64,000 nucleotides of DNA from Actinomycetota bacterium. GTDB lineage: Bacteria; Actinomycetota; CADDZG01; JAHWKV01. Below are positions 20,208 to 31,114 of this stretch, in pieces. Positions within the stretch are counted from its first letter, which is position 1, and each line of letters starts with the position of its first letter. Below the pieces are notes generated by a model. The model made no database searches. It saw nothing but the letters and a program-made list of their open reading frames with translations, and was not told the DNA's origin. Location: the NCBI GenBank assembly GCA_019347715.1, contig JAHWKU010000002.1, positions 211,510 to 275,509 of the forward strand, given 5' to 3'. Made by a program: the position numbers and the translations under genes.

Positions 20208-21458
20208 TTGCTGTACTCGACCACTCAGCTTCAAAACGGCGTCCGCGTCCTTTCCGAAAAGATGCCCTCTATCCGCTCGGTCACTGTCGGGCTTTGGATC
20301 GCGGTCGGCTCGCGCGACGAAGAAGACTCGATGCAGGGATCGAGTCACTTCCTCGAGCACCTTCTCTTCAAGGGAACCGCAACTAGAAACGCCCGGGACA
20401 TCGCTGAGACCTTTGATGCGATGGGTGGCGATGCCAACGCTTTCTCGGCCAAGGAATACACCTGCCTTTATTGCAAAGTCATCGACGAAGACCTGCCGGC
20501 GGCTATGGAGTGCTTAGCCGACATGTTGAGCCGGCCACAAATGAGGCCAGATGATGTCGAGAGCGAACGCAGGGTGATCCTCGAGGAGATCGCCATGCAC
20601 GAGGATTCCCCAGACGATCTCGTGCACGATCTCTTTACAGCCAATTTGCTCGGATCCCATCCGCTCGGCCGCGAGGTGATGGGAACCACCGAGACCATCT
20701 GGGCCGTTACTCGGGATCAGCTGGCCAGCTTCCATGACACTCATTACCTCCCGCGAAACCTGGTGGTCGCGGCCGCCGGAAACGTGGATCACGAGGCACT
20801 GGTGGAGCTGGTTCAATCCGCTTTCAGCGAAGACGATCGATCTTCGCCGGCCCGCGTGCTCTCAGCACCGGTGCCGGCGCAAAGGCTTGTGGTCGCCGAT
20901 CGCAAGACAGAGCAGACGCACATCGTCCTTGGGGGCCCGGGGCTTCCACGGGATCACCCAGACCGCTTCTCCTGGGGTGTCCTCGACACTCTTCTTGGAG
21001 GCGGCATGAGCTCGCGCCTGTTCCAGGAGATCAGGGAGACCAGAGGGCTGGCGTACGCGGTTTATTCGTATCGCAATCTGTTTTCCGAGACCGGCCTGTG
21101 GGGGGTGTACGCCGGGGTCACTCCTCCGAATGCCGTCGAGGTCGTAAAGATCATTCAGAACGAGCTCGACCGCGTCGTGGAGGAAGGCATATCCGAAGCT
21201 GAGGTCGACAGGGCCAAGGGGCACCTGAAGGGGGCCATGGTCATCGGCCTGGAAGATCCCTCATCGCGCATGACGCGCCTGGGCAAAAGTGAACTTCTTC
21301 ATACCGAGATCCTCTCCATCGAGCAGATCATGGATCGAATCGATGGAGTTACGCTCGAAGACCTGAACCGAGTGGCCCGCGATCTTCTGAGTCGCGAAAC
21401 GCGCACGCTCGCAGTGATCGGCCCGTTCACGGAAGACCCCTTCTCCGACCTCCTGTAG
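20208..21458 (+). CDS. M16 (pitrilysin) family zinc peptidase
   Basis: HFLEH inverzincin motif, SSRLFQEIRE; usual position after pnp. Confidence 0.93.
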   Translation: MLYSTTQLQNGVRVLSEKMPSIRSVTVGLWIAVGSRDEEDSMQGSSHFLEHLLFKGTATRNARDIAETFDAMGGDANAFSAKEYTCLYCKVIDEDLPAAMECLADMLSRPQMRPDDVESERRVILEEIAMHEDSPDDLVHDLFTANLLGSHPLGREVMGTTETIWAVTRDQLASFHDTHYLPRNLVVAAAGNVDHEALVELVQSAFSEDDRSSPARVLSAPVPAQRLVVADRKTEQTHIVLGGPGLPRDHPDRFSWGVLDTLLGGGMSSRLFQEIRETRGLAYAVYSYRNLFSETGLWGVYAGVTPPNAVEVVKIIQNELDRVVEEGISEAEVDRAKGHLKGAMVIGLEDPSSRMTRLGKSELLHTEILSIEQIMDRIDGVTLEDLNRVARDLLSRETRTLAVIGPFTEDPFSDLL

Positions 21459-21480
21459 GGGATATGGGACAAGGTCTCCC

Positions 21481-21966
21481 ATGAATTCTCGCATTGCCCT
21501 AGCCGCCGGAATCTTTGCTGGAATTCTGTCCGGGCTCATCTTCCATTTCGCGTTTCAGTTCGATCGCTTGCCTTCTGTTGTCATTGCTTTGGCCATTGCG
21601 CTAGCTAGTACCGCGCTAACTCTTCTGAACTCGAGGAGGCAGGCCGATGGAGGATCGAGGAAATTGGATTGGAAGCTACTGGTTGTCCTCGCTCCGCTTG
21701 CCTTCTTGGTCTTCACCGAATGGGTTGAAGAGAAGAATGAAAACAGACGGGCCGGATTTAGCGAGGCCCACAAGCTATGTACCGAGGCCTCTGCTCGCAT
21801 CGAGAGCGATGAAGAGTTCCAGGATTTCCTCTCGCGTAACAACCTCAGGGCCGACCCTCCTCCCAGATCCGCCACAGAAGAGGGCTGCCAGGCCGCCATC
21901 CGCTGGAGAAACAAGCACGGTGATGTCACGCCGACTCCCGAAATTGTGAGTTCCCCAAATCCTTAG
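21481..21966 (+). CDS. Hypothetical membrane protein
   Basis: Three hydrophobic segments then a soluble domain with two Cys; fills the gap. Confidence 0.6.
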   Translation: MNSRIALAAGIFAGILSGLIFHFAFQFDRLPSVVIALAIALASTALTLLNSRRQADGGSRKLDWKLLVVLAPLAFLVFTEWVEEKNENRRAGFSEAHKLCTEASARIESDEEFQDFLSRNNLRADPPPRSATEEGCQAAIRWRNKHGDVTPTPEIVSSPNP

Positions 21967-21984
21967 GGCATAGGCTTACTGGAG

Positions 21985-22785
21985 ATGATCAAAGTCGGTG
22001 TGTTTGGCGCGGGCGGCCGGATGGGGGCCGAGGTCTGCCGTGCGGTCATGGCGGACGAAGAGGTGGAACTGGTTGGCGCCGTCGATCCGACGTTCTCTGG
22101 ACAGGATCTCGATTCCATCGCCGGGATTTCAGGCAGCGGCCTCGTGGTCGCGGGAGAGCCGGAAGCTCTCACCAAGTCGGGGGCGGAGGTGGCAGTCGAT
22201 TTCACCGTAGCCGAGGCTGCATTGGCGAACATCGAATGGTGCCTGTCAAACGCAGTGCACGCCGTGGTCGGCACGACCGGCATCACCTCAGCACAGCTCG
22301 ACGCGCTTCGGGCCAAGCAGTCAAAGGAATCGAAGAGCAATCTCTTAATTGCGCCGAACTTTGCGATCGGTGCGGTATTGATGATGGAGTTTGCTCGCCA
22401 GGCCGCTCGTTTTCTGCCGGATGCCGAGATCATCGAGCTTCACCACCCCGGCAAGAAAGACGCGCCTTCCGGGACTGCGATCAAGACTGTCGAAGGCATC
22501 TCAGAGGTCAGGAAGTCGAAAGGTATTTCCGACGAGTCTTCAGAAGTTCTGCCCGGCGCGAGGGGGGCGGAGAAGGACGGAGTTCACATTCACAGCGTCA
22601 GATTGCCTGGATTGGTTGCGCATCAGGAGGTCATCTTTGGTGGAACCGGCCAGACGCTTTCGATCCGTCATGATTCGACCGACCGAACTTCTTTTATGCC
22701 GGGTGTCTTGCTCGCGATCAAGAAGATCGGTTCGCTGGATGGAGTGACGATCGGTCTCGAGCACGTGCTCGATCTCGGCCTGTGA
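21985..22785 (+). CDS. dapB: 4-hydroxy-tetrahydrodipicolinate reductase
   Basis: GAGGRMG, VGTTG, ELHHPGKKDAPSGTA. Confidence 0.96.
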   Translation: MIKVGVFGAGGRMGAEVCRAVMADEEVELVGAVDPTFSGQDLDSIAGISGSGLVVAGEPEALTKSGAEVAVDFTVAEAALANIEWCLSNAVHAVVGTTGITSAQLDALRAKQSKESKSNLLIAPNFAIGAVLMMEFARQAARFLPDAEIIELHHPGKKDAPSGTAIKTVEGISEVRKSKGISDESSEVLPGARGAEKDGVHIHSVRLPGLVAHQEVIFGGTGQTLSIRHDSTDRTSFMPGVLLAIKKIGSLDGVTIGLEHVLDLGL

Positions 22786-22833
22786 CGGATGTTAACCAAT
22801 GTTAAGATCGCCTCCCTGGGAAAGGAGCTCTAG

Positions 22834-23721
22834 ATGAGAGGCCGATTCGGCGACCTCATAACCGCGATGGTCACCCCATTCGACGGAAAGGGCAAGGTCA
22901 ACCTGAAAGAGGCGGCCCGCCTTACCTCCCATCTCGCCGATCACGGCTCCGACGGATTCGTCCTTGCGGGGTCCACAGGCGAAGGGCCGACGGTCACCGA
23001 CGAGGAAAAGACCCAGCTGATCGAGACGGTTAAGGAAGCAGTAGGCGACCGCGCGACGGTCATCGCCAACACCGGCACCTACGACACGGCTCACTCCATC
23101 CATCTCACGAAACAAGCGGAAAAAGCCGGAGCCGATGCGGTCCTCGTCGTCACCCCTTATTACAACCGGCCTCCGCAGAATGGGCTTCTCGCGCATTTCC
23201 GTGCGATTGCAGAATCGACGAAGCTTCCACTCATCCTCTACGACATCCCCGCTCGCTCCGCGCGAAAGATCGAGCACGAGACGCTGGTCGAGCTTTCCCG
23301 AGTCGAGAACATCGTCGCGGTGAAAGATGCGTGTGGAGACGTTCAGGGGGCTGCGCTACTCGTTGCGGACTCTGCAGAGGGATTCGAGGTCTATTCCGGA
23401 AACGATGGCGACACCCTTCCGTGGCTCTCCGTCGGCGCGGTCGGGGTTATTGCTGTCGCTTCTCACGTCGTCGGCCCCCAGATGGCCGAGATGATCTCCC
23501 TTTTCAAATCGGGAGACGCAGAGGCGGCCAGGAAGATCCATCTCGACCTGATGCCCGTATTCGACATGCTCGGAACGCTCACCACCAACCCGATCCCCGT
23601 CAAGGCCGCGCTGGTGGAGATGGGATTCGATGTTGGAGAACCGAGGCTTCCGCTCGTGCCGGCCACGCCGGATCAGCTGAAAGTTATCCGAGAGATCCTG
23701 AAGAAGGCCGGAGCCTTGTGA
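22834..23721 (+). CDS. dapA: 4-hydroxy-tetrahydrodipicolinate synthase
   Basis: TAMVTPF, GSTGE, PYYNRP, NPIPVKAA. Confidence 0.96.
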   Translation: MRGRFGDLITAMVTPFDGKGKVNLKEAARLTSHLADHGSDGFVLAGSTGEGPTVTDEEKTQLIETVKEAVGDRATVIANTGTYDTAHSIHLTKQAEKAGADAVLVVTPYYNRPPQNGLLAHFRAIAESTKLPLILYDIPARSARKIEHETLVELSRVENIVAVKDACGDVQGAALLVADSAEGFEVYSGNDGDTLPWLSVGAVGVIAVASHVVGPQMAEMISLFKSGDAEAARKIHLDLMPVFDMLGTLTTNPIPVKAALVEMGFDVGEPRLPLVPATPDQLKVIREILKKAGAL

Positions 23722-23856
23722 CACGCGGCCGCTTCCTTATATCGGCCCAAGAGGGGAGCGGCCGGAAGAGCCAAAGAGTCATCCCAGGCGATTGCCGCGC
23801 GGAAATTCGCGATTTCCCGCCTTCTTTAAAGGAAGATGGACTACCGGGAGACACAA

Positions 23857-26268
23857 ATGGCCACTAAAACGCGCGGTCGCAAGCCCGCAAAGAAAAAGCA
23901 AACGTCGCAGGCGCGAATGGCTGCGGCCATCGGCCGCGCCATGGATGGTCAGCGCGGAGACGTCGGCGGCATCCTCTTATTGTTCTTCGCGATCTTGAGC
24001 GGGATGGGGCTCTACGGCGATTGGGCCGGATGGGCGGGGCGCGGTATCGAGTGGGTCCTGCGCGTCGCGCTTGGCGCGATCGCGCTCGGTGTTCCTCCGG
24101 TGCTCGGGTATGTCGGGTTCCTAGCGCTTCGGCAGAGGGAAGACGACGAGCCCGGCAGGGTGGCCGTCGGGTCGCTGCTGACGCTCCTTGGAGTCGCGGC
24201 TTTCGTACATCTCGTCGGCGCCGATGGAGGGTCCGTCCTTACGGTTGAAGAGCTGCCCCAGCTCGGAGGCGTCTTTGGTGCCGGAGTCGCCTGGCCGCTC
24301 GAGATGGCTCTTTCGGTTTGGGGGGCCGGGCTCTTCATCACCACTCTCACCGGAGTCGGCCTGTTGATCACCACGAAAACCCCCGTGTCCAAGGTCGTCG
24401 AGTGGATCCAGATCGTGGGGCAATTCAGCGGGCGAATGCTGAGATCTGGCTGGGATCAGCTGAAACCGTCGGTGGCAAGCGCGTTCGAGAAGTTGCGCGA
24501 CCTGCGGCCACCCCCGCTTCCTCCGGGGGCGCTCGATGAAGTCGAGGAGGAGGAGGAAGACGAGGAAGACGAGCCCATCCCGCGGCGGCGCTGGAAGAGA
24601 AGAGGTTCGACTGCCGCCGAAGAGGCCGAGCTTGAAGAGGAGGAAGAAACTCAGGAGGAGGACGACCTCGTCATCTCCCTCGAACCGTCGGTTGTGGCTC
24701 CCAAATCCTCCGGAAAGGACGGCTACCGGCTTCCTTCCATGGAGCTGCTCGAAACCGCACCGCTGAAGAGCGTTTCGGAGCAGTCCATCAAGAACACGAT
24801 CTCGCTTCTCGAGGGAACCCTCCAGGAGTTTCAGGTTGATGCCAGGGTCACGGGATACACACCGGGGCCGACGGTCACGAGATATGAGATCGAGCTGGGG
24901 GCCGCGGTCAAGGTAAACCGGGTCGTCAGCCTGCAAAACGAGATCCGTTACAAGCTGGGTTCCGGCGAGCTTCGGATCCTCGCTCCCATCCCGGGGCGGT
25001 CGGCTATCGGCATCGAGGTTCCAAACCACGACCGGCAGCTCGTCACCCTTGGCGATGTGCTCGGAAGCCCAGAAGGAGTCGCCGGTGATCATCCACTTGT
25101 TGTCGGGTTGGGCAAAGACATCTCGGGGGCATCGGTCGTGGTGAACCTTGCCGAGATGCCTCACCTCCTCATCGCCGGAGCGACCGGCGCAGGAAAATCC
25201 TCATGCGTAAACGCGATGCTGATCTCGGTGCTGATGAAGGCCCGTCCAGACCAGGTCCGCTTGTTGCTAATAGACCCCAAGCGCGTCGAGCTGTCTCACT
25301 ACAACGGCGTCCCGCACCTTCTGACGCCGGTCGTGACCTCGCCCAAGAAGGCCGCCGAGGCTCTGCACTGGGTGGTGGGCGAGATGGAGGCGCGTTACAA
25401 GCTGCTCGAACTGGCAGGGATGCGTCATGCCGAGATGTACAACGAGGCCGTTCGCGGCGGGGCCCTGCCGCCATACGAGGACGGTACCCAGCGCTATCCG
25501 TTCCCTTATTACCTCGTGGTGATCGACGAGCTGGCCGATCTCATGATGGTTGCTCCGAGAGACGTCGAAGACTCAATCATGCGAATCGCCCAGATGGCGA
25601 GGGCCGTGAACATCCACCTGATCGTGGCGACTCAGCGGCCCTCGGTCGACGTGGTCACCGGAGTCATCAAAGCGAATATCCCTTCGCGGCTGGCGTTTCT
25701 CACCTCCAGCGCCACCGACTCCAGAGTGATCCTCGACGAAGGCGGCGCCGACCGGCTGATAGGAAGAGGCGACATGCTCTACAAACATGCCTCCGCCCCC
25801 AGGCCGCGCCGCATCCAGGGGGCATGGGTATCTCAGCCCGAGATTGAACGGGTGATCGCCTGGAGCCGAAGACAGAAAAATGTCGAGTACGTCGAGGGGA
25901 TCCTCAAAGAGAACCAGCCCGGGGCCTCGGGGGCCGGCGATTACGGGGACGAAGACGACGACGAGGTTTTGTGCCGCCAGGCGATGGAGCTGGTTGTTCG
26001 GTCACAGCTGGGCTCCACCTCGATGCTTCAGCGCAAGCTGAAGATCGGCTTCGCCCGGGCGGGAAGGATCATGGACCTGCTCGAACAGCGTGGCGTCGTG
26101 GGCCCCTCCCAGGGTTCGAAGCCCCGCGAGGTGCTTATGACTGTCGAGGAGCTCGAGGAGAAAGCCACCATGGCTGGCCCTCCAGATACCGGGCCTTCGC
26201 CACAGCAGCCTCGGCAACCCGGTTCGGGAGAGGACGACCCCCCGATCCGCTCCTACTGGAACGACTGA
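23857..26268 (+). CDS. ftsK: DNA translocase FtsK
   Basis: N-terminal TMs, GATGAGKS, IDELADLMM, gamma domain STSMLQRKLKIGFARAGR. Confidence 0.96.
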   Translation: MATKTRGRKPAKKKQTSQARMAAAIGRAMDGQRGDVGGILLLFFAILSGMGLYGDWAGWAGRGIEWVLRVALGAIALGVPPVLGYVGFLALRQREDDEPGRVAVGSLLTLLGVAAFVHLVGADGGSVLTVEELPQLGGVFGAGVAWPLEMALSVWGAGLFITTLTGVGLLITTKTPVSKVVEWIQIVGQFSGRMLRSGWDQLKPSVASAFEKLRDLRPPPLPPGALDEVEEEEEDEEDEPIPRRRWKRRGSTAAEEAELEEEEETQEEDDLVISLEPSVVAPKSSGKDGYRLPSMELLETAPLKSVSEQSIKNTISLLEGTLQEFQVDARVTGYTPGPTVTRYEIELGAAVKVNRVVSLQNEIRYKLGSGELRILAPIPGRSAIGIEVPNHDRQLVTLGDVLGSPEGVAGDHPLVVGLGKDISGASVVVNLAEMPHLLIAGATGAGKSSCVNAMLISVLMKARPDQVRLLLIDPKRVELSHYNGVPHLLTPVVTSPKKAAEALHWVVGEMEARYKLLELAGMRHAEMYNEAVRGGALPPYEDGTQRYPFPYYLVVIDELADLMMVAPRDVEDSIMRIAQMARAVNIHLIVATQRPSVDVVTGVIKANIPSRLAFLTSSATDSRVILDEGGADRLIGRGDMLYKHASAPRPRRIQGAWVSQPEIERVIAWSRRQKNVEYVEGILKENQPGASGAGDYGDEDDDEVLCRQAMELVVRSQLGSTSMLQRKLKIGFARAGRIMDLLEQRGVVGPSQGSKPREVLMTVEELEEKATMAGPPDTGPSPQQPRQPGSGEDDPPIRSYWND

Positions 26269-26294
26269 CTACCTCGGCAACTACACTTCCCTGA

Positions 26295-28349
26295 ATGCAG
26301 ACCGAATCCGTCGCGCCCCCAGTAGCAAAGGTCAGCCCCGTCAAGGAAACCCTCCACGGCGAGGAGCGCGTGGACGAGTTTGCCTGGATGAAGAGTCGGG
26401 AGGACCCGGAGGTCATTTCCTATTTAGAGGCCGAAAACGATTACACCAAGTCGGTGATGCAAGACACCGAGGAACTTCAGGAAAGCCTGTACCGGGAGAT
26501 GCTGGCGCGGATCAAAGAAACCGATCTGTCGGTTCCGGTTCGGATTGACGACTTCTTTTACTACCTGCGGACTGAGGAGGGAAAGCAGTATCCGATCTAT
26601 TGCAGAAAGTTCCAAAGCCTCGATGCTGTCGAAGAGATCATCCTCGATCAGAACGACCTTGCCGAAGGGAACGAGTACTTCGCCTTTGGCACGCTGGCGG
26701 TGAGTCCCGACCACCGCATTCTTGCCTACTCGTCCGACACGCTGGGAAGAGAGATCTACACCCTTCACTTCAAGGACCTCACAAGTGGAGCCCTCCTGCC
26801 CGACCAGATTGAAAACATCGAGTATTCGGTGGCTTGGGCAAACGACAATCGCAGTGTTTTCTACAGCGTCCCCGATGAGGCCAAGCGCCCATACCGTCTG
26901 ATGCGTCATATCCTGGGAACTAACCCGGCTTCCGATGCGCTCATTTACGAGGAGACGGATGCTGCCTATTACTTGGGCGCAGTCAGATCGAAGACCAAAG
27001 CATTCATATTCATGAGTCTTGGAAGTCTCACAACTTCCGAGGTCTGGTATCTAGATGCGAATCGCCCAGAAGACGAATTCAAGGTGATCCATCCCAGGGA
27101 GCAGGGAGTCCGCTATGAGGTCGCGCACCAGGGGGACGTATTCGTCATCACTACCGACGATGACGCCAAGAACTTCAAGGTCGTCGAGGCCCCTATCGAC
27201 GCTCCAGGAAAAGAAAACTGGCGTACGGTCGTTCCTCACAATCGGGATATCAAGATCGACCACGTAGAGGTTTTCGCCGACCACCGCGTGTTTTTCGAAC
27301 GCCGAGGGGGGTTTACAACCGCAAGGATTCAGAACATCCGGACCGGCGAAGACCATCCCATCGATTTTCCGGAACCCGTCTACTGGGTCAGGCCGGGGCC
27401 GAATCCCCAATACAACACTCACATTCTGCGTTTCAGCTATACGTCGCTCATCACGCCCGATTCGGTTTACGACTACGACATGCAGACGCGGGATCGAGAA
27501 CTCCTGAAGCGCCAAGAGGTCTTGGGAGGATACGATCCGGCTCAATATGCTTCGGAACGCATCTCGGCCACCGCTTCGGACGGGACCGAGGTTCCTATCT
27601 CGTTGGTATATCGCAAGGACTTCTCCAAAGACGGGACCCATCCGGCCCTTCTCTACGGATACGGTTCTTACGGCGCCAGCATCGATCCCTTCTTCAACTC
27701 GAATCTCCTCTCCTTACTGGATCGCGGCTTCGTCTACGCCGTAGCTCATGTCCGTGGGGGTGGAGAATTGGGCGAATACTGGAAGGAAGATGGAAAGTTG
27801 CTGCAGAAGCGAAACACCTTCACAGACTTCATCGCCTGCGCGGAGCACCTCATCGAGCAGGATTACGCCCATCCCAAGAGACTGGCGATTATGGGAGGAA
27901 GTGCGGGCGGTCTGTTGATGGGAGCCGTAGTCAATTTACGACCGGAACTCTTCCAGGCAGTGATCGCCAAGGTACCGTTCGTGGACGTCATCAACACGAT
28001 CCGTGATCCCAAGCTGCTGTACAGCGTTCTCGAGTACGAGGAGTGGGGGAACCCTGACGATCCTGGGTTCTACGAATACATCCGCACCTACGCGCCCTAC
28101 GACAACGTGGAGGCGAAGGAATATCCGAACATGCTGGTCACCGCCTCCTTCCACGACCCCAGGGTGAACTTCTGGGAGCCGGCAAAGTGGGTTGCCCGGC
28201 TCCGGAGGATAAAAAGAGGCGACGAGCTGCTGTTGCTCAAGACGAAGATGGTCGCCGGCCACGGCGGTGCCTCCGGCCGCTATGACCGGCTGCGGGACAC
28301 GGCCTTCGAGTTCGCATTCCTGTTCAAGGTCCTCGAAGTGCAGGCGTAG
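26295..28349 (+). CDS. ptrB: Oligopeptidase B (S9A)
   Basis: GGSAGG nucleophile, YEEWGNP, DPRV, AGHGGASGRY. Confidence 0.92.
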   Translation: MQTESVAPPVAKVSPVKETLHGEERVDEFAWMKSREDPEVISYLEAENDYTKSVMQDTEELQESLYREMLARIKETDLSVPVRIDDFFYYLRTEEGKQYPIYCRKFQSLDAVEEIILDQNDLAEGNEYFAFGTLAVSPDHRILAYSSDTLGREIYTLHFKDLTSGALLPDQIENIEYSVAWANDNRSVFYSVPDEAKRPYRLMRHILGTNPASDALIYEETDAAYYLGAVRSKTKAFIFMSLGSLTTSEVWYLDANRPEDEFKVIHPREQGVRYEVAHQGDVFVITTDDDAKNFKVVEAPIDAPGKENWRTVVPHNRDIKIDHVEVFADHRVFFERRGGFTTARIQNIRTGEDHPIDFPEPVYWVRPGPNPQYNTHILRFSYTSLITPDSVYDYDMQTRDRELLKRQEVLGGYDPAQYASERISATASDGTEVPISLVYRKDFSKDGTHPALLYGYGSYGASIDPFFNSNLLSLLDRGFVYAVAHVRGGGELGEYWKEDGKLLQKRNTFTDFIACAEHLIEQDYAHPKRLAIMGGSAGGLLMGAVVNLRPELFQAVIAKVPFVDVINTIRDPKLLYSVLEYEEWGNPDDPGFYEYIRTYAPYDNVEAKEYPNMLVTASFHDPRVNFWEPAKWVARLRRIKRGDELLLLKTKMVAGHGGASGRYDRLRDTAFEFAFLFKVLEVQA

Positions 28350-28478
28350 GGACGTCTAAGGTCACTCCAAGTAGACAAATAGTCACGATTGACCCACCCT
28401 GGGGCCGCCGATAGTATCGCTTTAGCTTGGGGTGGGCGGGGGCCCGTCCGAGCTCATCTACAACCTCCCACGAGACTT

Positions 28479-29246
28479 ATGGCTGAACTCACCATCGGCG
28501 AGAGGCTTCGGCAGGCGAGGGAGGCGATTCCGGCCTCTCTTTACCAGGCCTCTCGAGAAACGAAGATCCGGGTCGACTTCCTGGAGTACATGGAGCGCGA
28601 CAACTTTCGGTTCATGTCCGGTGGCGCCTACATTCGGGGCTTGCTCAGAGGGTACGCGCGGTGGCTGAGACTCGACGAGGAGGCGCTGTCGAGCGAGTTC
28701 GAGAGTCTCTTCGACCGGCAGCGGCCCCCGACCGTCAAGCAGATCTTCAAGGAGCCTGCGGTTAGGGGCAAGTCGAAGCGGCCCCACTGGGTGATCGCAG
28801 CAGCTGTAGCGGCTCTCATCCTCATGTCTTTTTCGCTGGTTGGCCTGCTCGGGAGTCCCGATCAAAACGTGGCGAGTCCTCCGACCGATACCGAAGAGAG
28901 AGTCATCGCGCCGACCTCCGACCCGGTTGCCGAGGATGGATCTCAACAGGTCGCGGAGGCGCCGGTAACCCAAGGGGTAGAGGTGCTCATCGATGTCACT
29001 GGGTCAAGGTCGTGGATGCGAATCCAGGCCGATGGCGCTGAGGAGCCGGTCTTCGAAGGAACGATGACGGCCGGACAGTCGAGAACGTTCGAGGCTTCGG
29101 ATCAGCTGATCGTGCTGTTCGGAAACCTCGGCGCGGTCAATGTCACCGTAAACGGCAAGGACCTTGGGGTCCCGGGCAATGCGGGACAAACCGGCAGGCT
29201 CGTGTTTACACCCGACACCACGTCACTTCCCCAACGTCCTTCTTAG
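28479..29246 (+). CDS. RodZ-like HTH_25 + TM + DUF4115 protein
   Basis: IGERLRQARE...YIRGLLRGYARWL, one TM, GNLGAVNVTVNG. Confidence 0.85.
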   Translation: MAELTIGERLRQAREAIPASLYQASRETKIRVDFLEYMERDNFRFMSGGAYIRGLLRGYARWLRLDEEALSSEFESLFDRQRPPTVKQIFKEPAVRGKSKRPHWVIAAAVAALILMSFSLVGLLGSPDQNVASPPTDTEERVIAPTSDPVAEDGSQQVAEAPVTQGVEVLIDVTGSRSWMRIQADGAEEPVFEGTMTAGQSRTFEASDQLIVLFGNLGAVNVTVNGKDLGVPGNAGQTGRLVFTPDTTSLPQRPS

Positions 29247-29282
29247 AACCGACTCCTTTCCCAACCAGGTAGGCTCGTTACG

Positions 29283-29858
29283 GTGAGCTGGGCCAACTTC
29301 GTCACCATGGTTCGGATCCTCTTGATCCCGGTATTCGTGGTCCTCATGTTCGTAGCAGGGCCTTCCCTGCCCGAAGAGCCGGCAGTTCATGCGGCCTCCT
29401 ATTTTGCTTTCATCGTCTTTAGCGTGGCCGCGATGAGCGACTCCCTGGACGGCTACCTTGCGAGAAGGTTCAACCGGGTGACTCGCCTGGGCCAATTCCT
29501 TGATCCGCTCGCAGACAAGCTGCTCATAGGCGCGGCGCTCGTCACCTTGGTGATGCTGAGGGGCTTCCCGGCCTGGGCGGCGATCGTCATCGTCACGAGA
29601 GAGGTGGCGGTTTCGGTTCTTCGATCGATGGCTCTTCGCCGGGGCCGGGACTTGCCCGCAAGCAGGACGGGCAAGATCAAGACCGCGCTTCAGATCCCAA
29701 CGGTGATGCTATGGCTGCTGCCAAGAGCGGGCTGGATCTCAATTGCCCAAGACCTCTCGGTGATCGTCGCGGTCATACTCACGCTTCTATCGGGTATCCA
29801 GTACTTCATGAGAACTCGTGAACTCCTGCGACCACGTGACGACGTGACTGCAATTTGA
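29283..29858 (+). CDS. pgsA: CDP-diacylglycerol--glycerol-3-phosphate 3-phosphatidyltransferase
   Basis: DSLDGYLARR...GQFLDPLADK. Confidence 0.93.
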   Translation: MSWANFVTMVRILLIPVFVVLMFVAGPSLPEEPAVHAASYFAFIVFSVAAMSDSLDGYLARRFNRVTRLGQFLDPLADKLLIGAALVTLVMLRGFPAWAAIVIVTREVAVSVLRSMALRRGRDLPASRTGKIKTALQIPTVMLWLLPRAGWISIAQDLSVIVAVILTLLSGIQYFMRTRELLRPRDDVTAI

Positions 29859-31114
29859 AAGCGGAGGTCATCGCCGTCGGCACCGAGCTGTTGCTCGGCG
29901 AGATCATCAATTCGAATGCGCAGTACATCTCTACCGAGCTGTCGCGGATTGGAATCGATGTCATGTATCAGACGGTGGTCGGCGACAACGAGCAACGCAT
30001 CGCGGACGAGATCTCGCGGGCACTCGATCGCTCTGATGTTGTGATCATCACCGGGGGCCTTGGTCCGACCCACGACGATCTGACGCGCGAAGCGATCACC
30101 CGCGCGACCGGACGGAAGCTCGAGCGGAGGCCGGAGCTCGAACAATGGCTTCGAGAACGTTTTGCTGCGATGGGAAGAGAGATGGCAGACAATAATCTTC
30201 GTCAGGCTGACCAGCCCGAAACGGCAGTTGCGATCGGAAACCCGCGCGGAAGCGCGCCGGGTGTGGACCTCGCGCACAACGGAAAGCGCATCTTCGCAGT
30301 GCCGGGAGTGCCGGTTGAGATGAAGGGCATGTTGAGTGACCACGTAATCCCGGAGCTGAGCGGGGCCGCCGGGGAGAACACACTTCTCTCCCGCTATTTG
30401 AAAGTCGCTGGCATGGGTGAATCGGATGTCGCGCAGCGCATCAAACACATGATCGACGACTTGGACCGCCAGCACATCGTCACGATCGCGTTGCTGGCTT
30501 CGGCTGGGGAAGTGAGAGTCCGCATAACGGCGAAGGCTCGAAACGAGAAGGAAGCTCTGGAACTCATCGCTCCGACGGAGGAGCGCGTTCGAGGTGAGCT
30601 GGGCGTCGCGGTCTATGGGACGGACGGCGACACTATCGAGGGTGCGGCCGCCGGTGTTCTGAAGGGAAGGGGGCTCAAGCTGGCGATAGCGGAGTCGGTC
30701 ACCGGCGGGCTTGTCGTCTCGAGAATGATCTCGATACCGGGCACTTCTGAATTTCTCGACACCGGCTTCGTCACCTACGCCATCGAATCAAAGATCCGCC
30801 AGCTCGGCGTGGATCCCAAGATCATCGAGGAGCACGGGGCGGTCTCGAAGGAAACTGCGATCGCCATGGCCGAAGGGGCACGCCGAAGCGCGGGATCAGA
30901 CGTTGGCCTGGCAACCACAGGCGAAGCGGGCCCCGATCCTGCAGAGGCTCCCGTCGGGACCATCTTCATCGCCGTCTCATGGGAGCAAGCAAGCGCGCAT
31001 CGCAAGTTCATAGCGCCAGGAGACAGGGATGCGATCCGGCGATGGGCTTCCGCTGGAGCTCTCAACTTCTTACGTCTGTGGGCCATGGGCGAGGTGAAGC
31101 CGGACCCACAGTGA
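29855..31114 (+). CDS. cinA: Competence/damage-inducible protein CinA
   Basis: VGTELLLG, GGLGPTHDDLT, AESVTGG, HGAVS. Confidence 0.93.
   Translation: MKAEVIAVGTELLLGEIINSNAQYISTELSRIGIDVMYQTVVGDNEQRIADEISRALDRSDVVIITGGLGPTHDDLTREAITRATGRKLERRPELEQWLRERFAAMGREMADNNLRQADQPETAVAIGNPRGSAPGVDLAHNGKRIFAVPGVPVEMKGMLSDHVIPELSGAAGENTLLSRYLKVAGMGESDVAQRIKHMIDDLDRQHIVTIALLASAGEVRVRITAKARNEKEALELIAPTEERVRGELGVAVYGTDGDTIEGAAAGVLKGRGLKLAIAESVTGGLVVSRMISIPGTSEFLDTGFVTYAIESKIRQLGVDPKIIEEHGAVSKETAIAMAEGARRSAGSDVGLATTGEAGPDPAEAPVGTIFIAVSWEQASAHRKFIAPGDRDAIRRWASAGALNFLRLWAMGEVKPDPQ

Noticed and set aside
24121-25164. Long antisense ORFs (also 5528-6520, 30775-31695, 33777-34724)
   Set aside because: Shadow frames of well-supported genes, expected at high GC, with no recognisable motifs
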